Assembly (NCBI GenBank): GCA_963783305.1
Contig: CAWAMW010000002.1
Span: forward strand, 512,001 to 576,000
Reading direction: 5' to 3'
DNA from: an uncultured Gemmatimonadales bacterium
GTDB lineage: Bacteria; Gemmatimonadota; Gemmatimonadetes; Longimicrobiales; RSA9
DNA length: 64,000 bases
Every line of letters begins with the position of its first letter. Position 1 is the first letter of the stretch. Position numbers and translations under genes: made by a program. The notes under the pieces were generated by a model. It had not been told where the DNA came from and did no database searches. It saw only the letters and a list, made by a program, of their open reading frames with translations. Below are positions 35,955 to 44,839 of the stretch, piece after piece.

Positions 35955-38906
35955 CTACCTGGAGGAGGCCGCCCCCGAGCGCAGCTCCTCGAAAAGCGCC
36001 GTCGTCTCCGCTTCGGGCTCCGCCTCCAGTTCGCGGCTCAGCAGTTCCACCACACGCGCATAATGACGGAGTGCCCGGGTCCTCTCTCCCGATCGGGCCC
36101 ATGCCGTCATGAGCCTCCGATGGACCTCCTCGTCCAGCTCCTCGCGCGCCGCAAGCGCCTCGTACACGCGGGCGGCCGCCGCCGGGTCGGTGGCCTCCAG
36201 CGCGGTGCCGAGCGCCAGGTGCAGCTCGACGGATGCCCGGCGGACGCCGTCACGGTGGGGATCGATCCAACGACCGACCGCCTCTCCCTCCAGCAGTTCG
36301 CCCCGACACAGCGCCAGCGCGTCCCGGATGGCATCCGCGTCAGCGACAGAGCGCTTCGTGACACGGGCCCTGGCCGTAAACTCCTCCACGTCGAAGCGGA
36401 TCCGCAGATCCGGCGAGAGCCGATATCGCTCCCCCTCCAGCACGATCCACTCGGGGTGCCTCAGCGCCTTCCGGAGATGGTGGAGCGTGACGTGGAAGCT
36501 GTTCTTGACCTTCGACCGCGGGCCCCCCGGCCAGAGCGCCTCGCCGATCTGGTCCCGGCTGCCGCCGAGCGGGTTCAGGAGCAGGTAGATCAGTAGCTCG
36601 CGGGGCTTTCCGTACGTGAAGCGCTCCGCCTCCAGCTCCTCTCCCTCCACACGCACGACGAGCGGCCCGAGCGCGTCCACCCGGAGCGCCGGCGATTCCT
36701 CGGTCTGCGGCGCGCGTCCCGCCTCCACACCGCCAGCCTTCACGCTCGCCGCGCCTTCGGACCGCGCCCCGTTCCCCCCGGAACGGGCACCAGCCGCCGT
36801 CGCAGTGGAATCGGAGCCGAACGGCTTTGCGTCCTCTGTACCCGCGACCAGCTCACCGAGGACGTCGTCCAGCGACAGCCGTCGCCCTTCCTCCCAGACG
36901 CGCTCGATTTCGTCGGCTCCCGCCGCCGCCTTCATCCGCACCACAGTTGCCGCGGCGCGCCGTGCGTCGAGGGGGAACGGGGTCGCACCGATCAGCTCAC
37001 GCGCCGCCTCGGCGGCTCCCATGAGCCGCGCCGCTTCCACCACACGACCCCGGCCTGCCGCGATCTCACCCATATAGGCGATCCCGATGGTGAGGAAGTA
37101 GAAGGAGGGATCGCGGCGGGAGGCCGTCAGGGCTTCCCGCACCAGCGCCTCGGCCTCTTCCAGTCGGTTTCGGGTGATCTGCACACCGGCCAGGTTCTGG
37201 AGCGCCACGGCAAGCTCCCGCTCCGCCCCGAAGAGCCGGGCCAGTCGAACGCCCTCACGGTTCAGCTCTTCGGCACGCTCGTATTCACCCCGGCCCATGG
37301 CACTGCTCCCCTGCAGCAGTGCGGCCAGGCGGAGCCCGTAGAGGTCGTCGTGGTCGCGGAACCAGGAGGCCGCCCGGCCGCAGAGGTCCATGGCGCGGGA
37401 ATCGCCCTCGCCGGCGTAGGTCATCCCCAGGTAGTTCGTCGCGTACGCCTCGAGACGCCCGTCACCCGCTTCCGCGGCCAGCGCTACGGCCTCCTCCAGG
37501 TCCGGGCGCGCCTCCGCCGCCCGGGCGCGCAGCGCAGCCAGCGCCCCGGCCGCGAAAAGCAGCGAAGCCCGCGCGTGGCCTCGCTCCGCGGCCTCCGGGA
37601 GCGCCCGCGCTCCGCGGATCCACCGGCCGGCCTCGGACCAGTGGCGGGTCGAGAACCAGAACCACCACAGCTTCCCGACCAGTCGGACGTGAAGCCCGCT
37701 ATCGTGATCGAAGCTCCACGCCAGCGCGGACCGGACATTGTCCATTTCCGGCTCCAGCCGCTCCACCCAGAACCGGCGCTCTCGCCGGATCAGGTGCGGC
37801 TCGGCCTCCACCACGCGCTCGAGCATGTACTCCGCGTGCCGGTGCCGCGTCTCCGCCTCTTCGCCGGCGCCCTTCAGCTCCTCCGTGGCGTACTGACGCA
37901 CCGCCTCCAGCAGGTGATAGCGCGCGAACCCGCCGTGCTCACGGACCACGAGCATCGAGCGGTCCACCAGGTGGGCGACCAGGTCGAGCACCTCCGGGCC
38001 CTCGATCTCACCCGCAGCCCCGACTCGCTCAGCTCCCTCCAGGCCGAACCCGCCCCGGAAGACTGCCACCCGCCGTAGAAGGACCCGCGCAGGCTCCCGC
38101 AGCAGGTCGTGGCTCCACTCGATCGTCGCCCGCAGCGTCCGATGCCGCGGCACCGCGATGCGGCTGCCCGACGTGAGGACCCCGAACACGTCGTCCAGCC
38201 GGGCCAGCAGGTCCGCCGGGCCCAGGACCTTCACCCGCGCCGCCGCGAGCTCGAGGGCCAGCGGAATGCCATCCAGACGGCGGCAGATCTCCGCCACAGC
38301 GCCAGCATTATTGTTATCGAGCGCGAAACCGGGCGCAACGTCACGGGCCCGCTCCACGAAGAGGCGCACCGCCTCCGAGCGCTCCGCCGCCTCGAGGGGC
38401 TCTCCGGTCCTGCCGTCCTCCGGCAGGGAGAGGGGCGGGACCAGCCATGCGCGCTCCCCCGGCACGCCCAGCGCCTCGCGGCTGGTGGCCAGCACCGCGA
38501 GGCCGGGGCAGCTCAGCAGCAGCTGGTGAACCGCCTCCGTGCAGGCGTCCACCAGGTGCTCGCAGTTGTCCAGCACCAGGAGCCCCTCATGGTCGCGGAG
38601 CAGACGCGCCAGGTCGTCCAGACCTCCCGCGCCCAACTCCTCGGCTCGCCGCACCGCCTCGGCGATCGTGGGCACCACCAGCGCGGGCTCACGAAGCGCC
38701 GCCAGCTCGACCCAGTCCACCGCACTCGACCAACGCGGGTCGCTTACCAGTGCCAGCGCCAGCCGCGTCTTTCCACTCCCGCCGGCGCCCGTGAGCGTGA
38801 CCAGCCTCGAGCGCGCGACGAGCTCCGCGATCTGCTCCAGCTCGGGCCCACGGCCGATGAAGCTGGTCAGCTCCGTGGGAATTCCGTACGGGTGTCGCTG
38901 CTTCAT
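35955..38906 (-). CDS. STAND NTPase-TPR regulator with a C-terminal wHTH/BTAD (SARP) module
   Basis: FIGRGPEL, GAGGSGKT, LVLDNCEH and GIPLAL motifs; TPRs; then ALGPLVV, KPRELLIYL, ALWP, DEEVHRRLM and EPEAET. Confidence 0.9.
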   Translation of the reverse strand: MKQRHPYGIPTELTSFIGRGPELEQIAELVARSRLVTLTGAGGSGKTRLALALVSDPRWSSAVDWVELAALREPALVVPTIAEAVRRAEELGAGGLDDLARLLRDHEGLLVLDNCEHLVDACTEAVHQLLLSCPGLAVLATSREALGVPGERAWLVPPLSLPEDGRTGEPLEAAERSEAVRLFVERARDVAPGFALDNNNAGAVAEICRRLDGIPLALELAAARVKVLGPADLLARLDDVFGVLTSGSRIAVPRHRTLRATIEWSHDLLREPARVLLRRVAVFRGGFGLEGAERVGAAGEIEGPEVLDLVAHLVDRSMLVVREHGGFARYHLLEAVRQYATEELKGAGEEAETRHRHAEYMLERVVEAEPHLIRRERRFWVERLEPEMDNVRSALAWSFDHDSGLHVRLVGKLWWFWFSTRHWSEAGRWIRGARALPEAAERGHARASLLFAAGALAALRARAAEARPDLEEAVALAAEAGDGRLEAYATNYLGMTYAGEGDSRAMDLCGRAASWFRDHDDLYGLRLAALLQGSSAMGRGEYERAEELNREGVRLARLFGAERELAVALQNLAGVQITRNRLEEAEALVREALTASRRDPSFYFLTIGIAYMGEIAAGRGRVVEAARLMGAAEAARELIGATPFPLDARRAAATVVRMKAAAGADEIERVWEEGRRLSLDDVLGELVAGTEDAKPFGSDSTATAAGARSGGNGARSEGAASVKAGGVEAGRAPQTEESPALRVDALGPLVVRVEGEELEAERFTYGKPRELLIYLLLNPLGGSRDQIGEALWPGGPRSKVKNSFHVTLHHLRKALRHPEWIVLEGERYRLSPDLRIRFDVEEFTARARVTKRSVADADAIRDALALCRGELLEGEAVGRWIDPHRDGVRRASVELHLALGTALEATDPAAAARVYEALAAREELDEEVHRRLMTAWARSGERTRALRHYARVVELLSRELEAEPEAETTALFEELRSGAASSR

Positions 38907-38933
38907 TCAGCGGCTGGCTGCCTGAAAGGGAAA

Positions 38934-38954
38934 GGGGAGGCTGAGCGCCTCCCC
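38934..38954 (-). terminator. Hairpin, possible terminator
   Basis: GGGGAGGC-N5-GCCTCCCC, followed by TTTCCCTTT on the minus strand. Confidence 0.45.
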
Positions 38955-38995
38955 CCGTGCATCGCCTCCAATTTCGTTCGGACGCGGATCCGCGG

Positions 38996-39466
38996 TCAAT
39001 AGTCTTCTGACCCGGCGTTGAGCGCGATTCTCAACGCGGCGCACACCTTCTCCGGGTCGCCCCATTCGAGCCGGACCACCGGCCCGGCCCGGCCCGGATC
39101 ACTGCGCGCGAATTCCTCCGCGCGCTGCGCGAACGTGCCGTCGGCGGCCAGAGCGGGGCGGTCGAGCCCCAGCCCGTCGATCACGCCGCGGATCCACCCG
39201 TTCCATTCGTGCCCCGGAGTCCGAGCCGTCGCGTCCCCGAGTGGCGAACGCGGGGTCTCCGGCTCCACCACCCGGAACTCCAAGGCCAGTCGCATGAAGA
39301 GTCGCTCCCTCTCGCCCGCGCCGGCGGAGCCCAGCAGGAGCAGGACCGGCCACCCCGTGCCGGCCCTGCGGTACGGCGTCTCGGCCGCAGCCGTCTGCAC
39401 CACTGCGGCGACCACCCGCACCGGCTCTCCGACTTCGCCCACCGGACCTCCCGACGCGGTCGTCAC
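38996..39466 (-). CDS. Degenerate alpha/beta-hydrolase-like protein
   Basis: YRRAGTGWPVLLL, FRVVEPE and VIDGLGLDRP; no GxSxG motif. Confidence 0.55.
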   Translation of the reverse strand: MTTASGGPVGEVGEPVRVVAAVVQTAAAETPYRRAGTGWPVLLLLGSAGAGERERLFMRLALEFRVVEPETPRSPLGDATARTPGHEWNGWIRGVIDGLGLDRPALAADGTFAQRAEEFARSDPGRAGPVVRLEWGDPEKVCAALRIALNAGSEDY

Positions 39467-39475
39467 TGCGCCGCC

Positions 39476-40009
39476 TCACCACCCAACCCGGGTCAACGCC
39501 CTCGACATCCCGGTTGCCGGCACCGCCACGAAGCTGCCCTCCGCCTCGATCTCCCACCCGGGTCCGCCAGGCATGCCCATCGCGCTGAACTCGAACGTGC
39601 CGCGTACCACCCGCGCGCTGGACTCCGTGATCCGGATCGTCGCGCTTTCCGGGACGAAGAACTCCACCAGATCCTCGCCTTCTGACACGATGTGGAGGAT
39701 CGTCCACTCGCCGGCGTCGCCAGCCCCACCGATGGTGTAGCTGCCGGTCGCGGGTCGACTGGCTCCCGCCCTGCCGATGACCACCAGGTGTCGGGACTCC
39801 TCGTCACCCAGGACCGTCGCCCAGATCGGGTCGCCTTCCTCGTCCAGATCGCTGCCGAACACGGCCGGCCCTTCCACCGACTCCTCTATCGATCCGGTCA
39901 CCTCCATCTCGAACGCCGCCGTGATCAACTCCGGCTCGCTCGGATCGTCTCCGCACCCGACCACCACCGCCGTCAGTAGCACCATTCCCGCGATATGCCT
40001 GCGCATCAT
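39476..40009 (-). CDS. Hypothetical lipoprotein
   Basis: Lipobox VVGC; beta-rich, including VRGTFEFSA. Confidence 0.72.
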   Translation of the reverse strand: MMRRHIAGMVLLTAVVVGCGDDPSEPELITAAFEMEVTGSIEESVEGPAVFGSDLDEEGDPIWATVLGDEESRHLVVIGRAGASRPATGSYTIGGAGDAGEWTILHIVSEGEDLVEFFVPESATIRITESSARVVRGTFEFSAMGMPGGPGWEIEAEGSFVAVPATGMSRALTRVGW

Positions 40010-40169
40010 GAGCCCCCCGCAAAAAGGTTCAGCCGGCCCGCCAGGGCCGCCGGTTACGACATGAAGCTTGCACCCTGGCGATTAACGGCCGCTTAAACCC
40101 CGGCTCCGCCGCGGTGAGCGGCGTGGAACCTGCACTCCGGCGCGTGGACATTTACCGAACGAAGAACCC

Positions 40170-42875
40170 ATGACGCATACAGAAGCCACCGCGCTGCCGC
40201 GCCGCCGCAGAGCCGGCCCGCTCTCCCTCGCCCTGATCCTGCTGCCGCCTTTTTGGGTGGCGCTCCTCGCGGAGCCCATCGCCGGGCAGGTCCGGCCGTC
40301 GCCGCCGCCCGCGTCCGCGGCGGGGGACACGGTGACGCTCGTGCCGGCTCCCGAATACCAGGCCAGCGACCTGAAACGCACCCTCCTCGGATCCGGCTGG
40401 CGATCCCTGTGGACCACACCGGTCGATGTGCAGGTCCTCGACTTCGACGCGTACGCGGGCGGCGTGGACTGGACCGAGCGAGGGGGCGGGAACCAGAGCA
40501 TCACACTGCACCTGGAATCGGAGCAGGGCTGGCGCGAGTACATCTTCCGGTCGGTGAACAAGTTTCCGGAACAGGCGCTGCCGGAGGCGCTCGCCGGCAC
40601 CACCCTCGGCTGGGTCGTGGGCGACCTCATCAGCGCCATGTACCCTGCGGCGCCACTGCTCGTCCCGCCGCTCCTGGACGCCCTCGGCCTCCTGCACGTC
40701 GAGCCCGTGCTCCGCGTCATGCCCGACGACCCCCGGCTCGAGGTCTATCAGGACACGTTCGCCGGGATGCTCGGGACCGTCGAGCTTCGGCCGAACGAGG
40801 GGCCGGATGACACCCCCGGCTTCGCGGGATCATCGAAGATCAAGGGGACGGAGGAGTTCTTCAACGACCTCGACGCGAGTAAATCACACCGGCTCGACGA
40901 GCGGGAGTTCCTGGCCGCGCGGCTCCTCGACTTCATGATCAACGACACCGACCGGACCATGGACAACATGCGCTGGGCCCGGTACGGCACAGAGGACGAC
41001 TTCCACTGGAGGCCACTGCCTGTGGATCGCGACTGGGCTTTCGTGAACGCCGATGGCTGGGTCGGCAAGATCGCCACCGGCATCTATCCCAAGTTGGTGG
41101 AGCTCGGGCCCACGTATCCGGACATCGTATCGCTCACCTTCAGCTCCCACATCATTGACCGCAGGCTCCTCCAGCGCCTGACCCGCGACGATTTCGCCGG
41201 GGTGGCGGAGCTCGTCCAGGCCGCCATCACCGATGAGGCGGTGGAGACCGCGATCTCCCGCATGCCCGATCGCTGGCGCACTACCACCCACGCGCCCGAT
41301 CGAATCCGCGAGGTGCTGGAGGGTCGGCGCCAGCGCCTTCCGGACATCGCGGAGGATTTCTACGAGTATCTGGCCACCGATGTCGACATCCGGGGCACCG
41401 ACGAGCCGGACCTCGCGATCGTCGAGCGCCACGGCGATGGTCGCATCCGCGTCACACTCACCTGGCCGGAGGGCGACGCCCGCTCGGGCGAGCCCTTCTT
41501 CGACCGCACGTTCCTCCCGGCCGAGACCGGCGAGGTCCGTGTGTTCCTCCACGGCGCGGATGACGAGGCCCGCGTAATCGGCGCCAGCTCCGACGCCATC
41601 ACCGTGCGCGTCATCGGCGGCGGTGGCGATGATCGCTTCGTGGATGAAGCGGGCGGCGGGGCCACGCGCTTCTACGACGCGAACGGCGACAACGAGTTCC
41701 GGACGGCCCGCGGAACGAGCGTAAGCACCCGCCCCTGGGACCCGCCCACCCCCACCGAGGGGATGCGCCTCGGCGGCGCATGGGTCCCCGACTGGGCGGG
41801 CGGAAGGAAGTGGAGCCCCACCGTCGATTTCGGCGACGTGGCCGGCCTGGTGATCGGGGTCGGGCCCACATGGACCTCATACGGGTTCCGCCGCCTCCCC
41901 TACCACTGGACGCTCGCCGCCCGGGCCCTGTACTCCTTCGGAACAAACAGCCCCGGCGTCGAGCTCTCCGGCGACTACCGCCTCGAGAACTCCCCCCTCG
42001 CCCTCACTCTCGACGCTCGCGCCACGGACTTCGAGTCGTTCCGCTTCAACGGGTACGGCAACGACAGCCCCGATACGGGTGACGCGGGACTGATCCGGCA
42101 GGACCGGGTGGTGGTCTCACCCGCTCTCCGCTGGCACATCGGCTGGCGCCAGCGCGAGAGCGATCAGTTCCTCGTGGGCGCCGCCAAGCTCCAGGAGTCT
42201 GCCGGAGACGTCCGACCGCTCGTGGGGACGATGGACGTCGGGCCCACCTTCCTCTGGACCGACCCCGAGGCCGACCCCGGCTCGCCCGTCGCCACGGCCG
42301 ACTCCTTCAGCGCAGGCAGCCTCACAAGGCTCGGAGCCCGCACCGCTCTCGACCTGGACCGCACCGACAGGGACGGCGTGCCCCACCGCGGCTGGAAATT
42401 CCACGCGGGCGCCGCCGGGTACCCCGCATGGGCCGGGCTGCCCGACGCGTTCGCAGAAGGCTCGGCGGAGGCCAGCGCCTTCGTGCCGCTCATCGATACG
42501 GGCCTCCACATGGCCCTGCGTGCAGGAGGCAGTGGCGCGATCGGCGCCTTCCCCGTCCAGCACTCGCCCTTCGTGGGCGGACGCACCACCCTGCGCGGCT
42601 ACCGCTGGCAACGGTATCGCGGCGACGCCGCCGCGTTCGGCTCCGCGGAGCTGCGCGCGCCACTCGTGCCGGTCGAGCTCCTCATTCGCTGGAACACCGG
42701 CGTCTTCGGGCTCGCCGATGCCGGCCGGGTCTGGGTCGATGGCGAAAGCCCCGGCGGCTGGCACACCGCCTTCGGCGCGGGCCTCTGGCTCGAAGCCCTC
42801 GACAACGTCGTGAGCGCTGCGTGGGCACGGGGCGACGAGGACCGCTTCTACCTCCAGGTGAACACAGGCTTCTAG
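40170..42875 (+). CDS. Omp85/BamA-TamA-family outer-membrane protein with a large N-terminal kinase-like region
   Basis: Signal peptide; C-terminal barrel with LRGY..QRYRGD, AELR, DAGRVW and terminal GF. Confidence 0.8.
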   Translation: MTHTEATALPRRRRAGPLSLALILLPPFWVALLAEPIAGQVRPSPPPASAAGDTVTLVPAPEYQASDLKRTLLGSGWRSLWTTPVDVQVLDFDAYAGGVDWTERGGGNQSITLHLESEQGWREYIFRSVNKFPEQALPEALAGTTLGWVVGDLISAMYPAAPLLVPPLLDALGLLHVEPVLRVMPDDPRLEVYQDTFAGMLGTVELRPNEGPDDTPGFAGSSKIKGTEEFFNDLDASKSHRLDEREFLAARLLDFMINDTDRTMDNMRWARYGTEDDFHWRPLPVDRDWAFVNADGWVGKIATGIYPKLVELGPTYPDIVSLTFSSHIIDRRLLQRLTRDDFAGVAELVQAAITDEAVETAISRMPDRWRTTTHAPDRIREVLEGRRQRLPDIAEDFYEYLATDVDIRGTDEPDLAIVERHGDGRIRVTLTWPEGDARSGEPFFDRTFLPAETGEVRVFLHGADDEARVIGASSDAITVRVIGGGGDDRFVDEAGGGATRFYDANGDNEFRTARGTSVSTRPWDPPTPTEGMRLGGAWVPDWAGGRKWSPTVDFGDVAGLVIGVGPTWTSYGFRRLPYHWTLAARALYSFGTNSPGVELSGDYRLENSPLALTLDARATDFESFRFNGYGNDSPDTGDAGLIRQDRVVVSPALRWHIGWRQRESDQFLVGAAKLQESAGDVRPLVGTMDVGPTFLWTDPEADPGSPVATADSFSAGSLTRLGARTALDLDRTDRDGVPHRGWKFHAGAAGYPAWAGLPDAFAEGSAEASAFVPLIDTGLHMALRAGGSGAIGAFPVQHSPFVGGRTTLRGYRWQRYRGDAAAFGSAELRAPLVPVELLIRWNTGVFGLADAGRVWVDGESPGGWHTAFGAGLWLEALDNVVSAAWARGDEDRFYLQVNTGF

Positions 42876-42922
42876 ACCGGGACGCTCGCTGTTGGAACCT
42901 CCCTGCTCACGGGGAGCGATAG

Positions 42923-43259
42923 CAGGCTGCTGAAGAAGGCGCGGGAGTCGAGGGTCGAGGGTCGAGGGTCGATCCCTGCGGTCGCTCCGCTCCCTTCGGG
43001 ACCCGCTGGCGCGGGGGGTCGATCGCCCGCGCTGCGCGCGAGGCGACCGCGCTGCGCGCGGCGTCGACGGGACGGGGCACGCGCGTGTGCTTTTCCTTCC
43101 GGCTATGGCGGCGAGACATGCGAGTAAAAACGGAGCGCCGCGGAGATCGACCAGCGAGGCCGCAGGCCGAAGCGGTCGACCAGCGAGCGAAGCGACGCGA
43201 TCGACAGGGAGCGCGAGCGACCGTCCGCTTCCCCGCCTTCACCCTTTTTCAGCGCCCTG
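42923..43259. mobile_element. Non-coding MITE/REPIN-like element
   Basis: Imperfect 17-bp terminal inverted repeats (CAGGCTGCTGAAGAAGG / CCTTTTTCAGCGCCCTG), inner inverted repeats and no credible ORF. Confidence 0.5.
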
Positions 43260-43503
43260 AGAGCGCTTTCGCCAGATCTCCCCCCAACAGGGAGGGCGAA
43301 GCCCGACCGACCCGACAGCGCCCCGCAGGGGTGCGACCCAACGCTGGCGCGAAGCGCCGCATTCGCCGGTGAGTGGGAGGACCCCCTACGTTTATTCGCC
43401 TCTTGTAGTTACCATGGTTGTGTCACCCTCCCCGGGGACCGCCGTAGACCCTGGCCGTCAGGCCGAGGATCTCATTTGGAAACCAAGCGAGAGATAGCGA
43501 CGA

Positions 43504-44265
43504 ATGCTGCAGCTCCCTTCCAGGATCATCCTGTTTTCCTGTCTTATCACCCTCGCCACTCTGGCCACCCCACCTGATCTCCGGGCCTCCGAAGCGTCCC
43601 GCTCCGTGGCCGCCTCCACGGACCGCGCCCTCGGGGCCCTCGCCCGCCACGTGGAGAAGCAGAGTCACCCCGACGCCCTGCGGCTGGCATTCCGTGCCTA
43701 CTACGCATTCGCCGCGGAGCACCCGGACCGGCTCCGGAACCCGTACCTGTTTTACGTGGACTACGGCCTCGACAACCGGACGGCCCGCGGTTACGTCTTC
43801 GACATGGACCGGATGGAGCTCGTGGAGGGGCCGTTCACCGTCGCCCACGGCAGCGGCTCATCGAAGCGCAGGAACGCGGTCCCCACGCGGTTCTCCAACC
43901 GCGCCGGGAGCTATCAGTCCTCCCTCGGGCTCTACCTGGCCCAGGAGACCTACGCTTTCCGGGGTCGGTCGGGAGGGCGGCGGTATACGTCCGTCGGGCT
44001 CCGCCTGAAAGGGGTGTCCGGCGCGTTCAACGACGCCGCGCGGCGGCGCGGGATCGTTTCGCACGGGGCGCCATACGTCTCCGCCGGCGATGCCGGCCGG
44101 AGCCAGGGCTGTCCGGCCATGGAGGAGCACCGGGCTCGCCGGCTGCTTCCCATGATCGCCAACGGCGGGATGGTTTTCCTGTTCTCGCCCAGCGACACCC
44201 GGTGGCTGCGCGAGGACCCGTGGATCAGAGCGGGGAGGGCCGTACTGGCCGGAGCCGGGTCCTAG
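43504..44265 (+). CDS. Murein L,D-transpeptidase (YkuD_2 family)
   Basis: VAHGSGS, FSN..GSYQSSLG, GLRLKG, HGAPY and GRSQGCPA motifs. Confidence 0.9.
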   Translation: MLQLPSRIILFSCLITLATLATPPDLRASEASRSVAASTDRALGALARHVEKQSHPDALRLAFRAYYAFAAEHPDRLRNPYLFYVDYGLDNRTARGYVFDMDRMELVEGPFTVAHGSGSSKRRNAVPTRFSNRAGSYQSSLGLYLAQETYAFRGRSGGRRYTSVGLRLKGVSGAFNDAARRRGIVSHGAPYVSAGDAGRSQGCPAMEEHRARRLLPMIANGGMVFLFSPSDTRWLREDPWIRAGRAVLAGAGS

Positions 44266-44687
44266 TCGCCCCGGGAGCTGCCGATGCTGGCCACGATGGC
44301 GCTCGCGATCTCCTCCGGCTGACGCCCCTGGATCTCACCGCGCTCGAGCATTCCCACCAGCTCGCCGTTCCGGAAGAATCCGATGGACGGGGACGATGGC
44401 GGATACGGCTGGAGCCGCTGTCGCGCACGCTCCGTGGCCTCGAGATCCGCGCCAGCGAATACCGTCCCGAGCCGGTCGGGCCTCACCCGGTCCAGTGCAG
44501 CCTTCAGCGCCGGGCGCATCGTCCCCGCGGCGCAGCCGCACACTGAGTTCACCACCAGCATCGCGGTGCCCCCCTCCGACCCGTCCACGAACGCGTCCAC
44601 GCTCTCCGGACTTCGGAGCTCCTCGGCCCCCAGGTCGGTGAGCTCGGCGCGCATGGGCGCGATCATCATCTCGGGATAACGGTGCAC
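44262..44687 (-). CDS. BrxA/BrxB-family bacilliredoxin
   Basis: VNSVCGCAAG, TVFAG and PPSSPS motifs. Confidence 0.92.
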   Translation of the reverse strand: MHRYPEMMIAPMRAELTDLGAEELRSPESVDAFVDGSEGGTAMLVVNSVCGCAAGTMRPALKAALDRVRPDRLGTVFAGADLEATERARQRLQPYPPSSPSIGFFRNGELVGMLERGEIQGRQPEEIASAIVASIGSSRGD

Positions 44688-44839
44688 TGTGCCTCCACTT
44701 CGGTGCGTTTCCTACTGCCCTGCGTTGCTGGCGCTGCCAACCTCCGCTACCGTGCCCCTCGACGCAAGAAACGCTCGCACGCCCGGCCCCTTCGTTATCT
44801 TCCACGGATGATGCTGTCACTGACCATCCCGGGCCCTCC

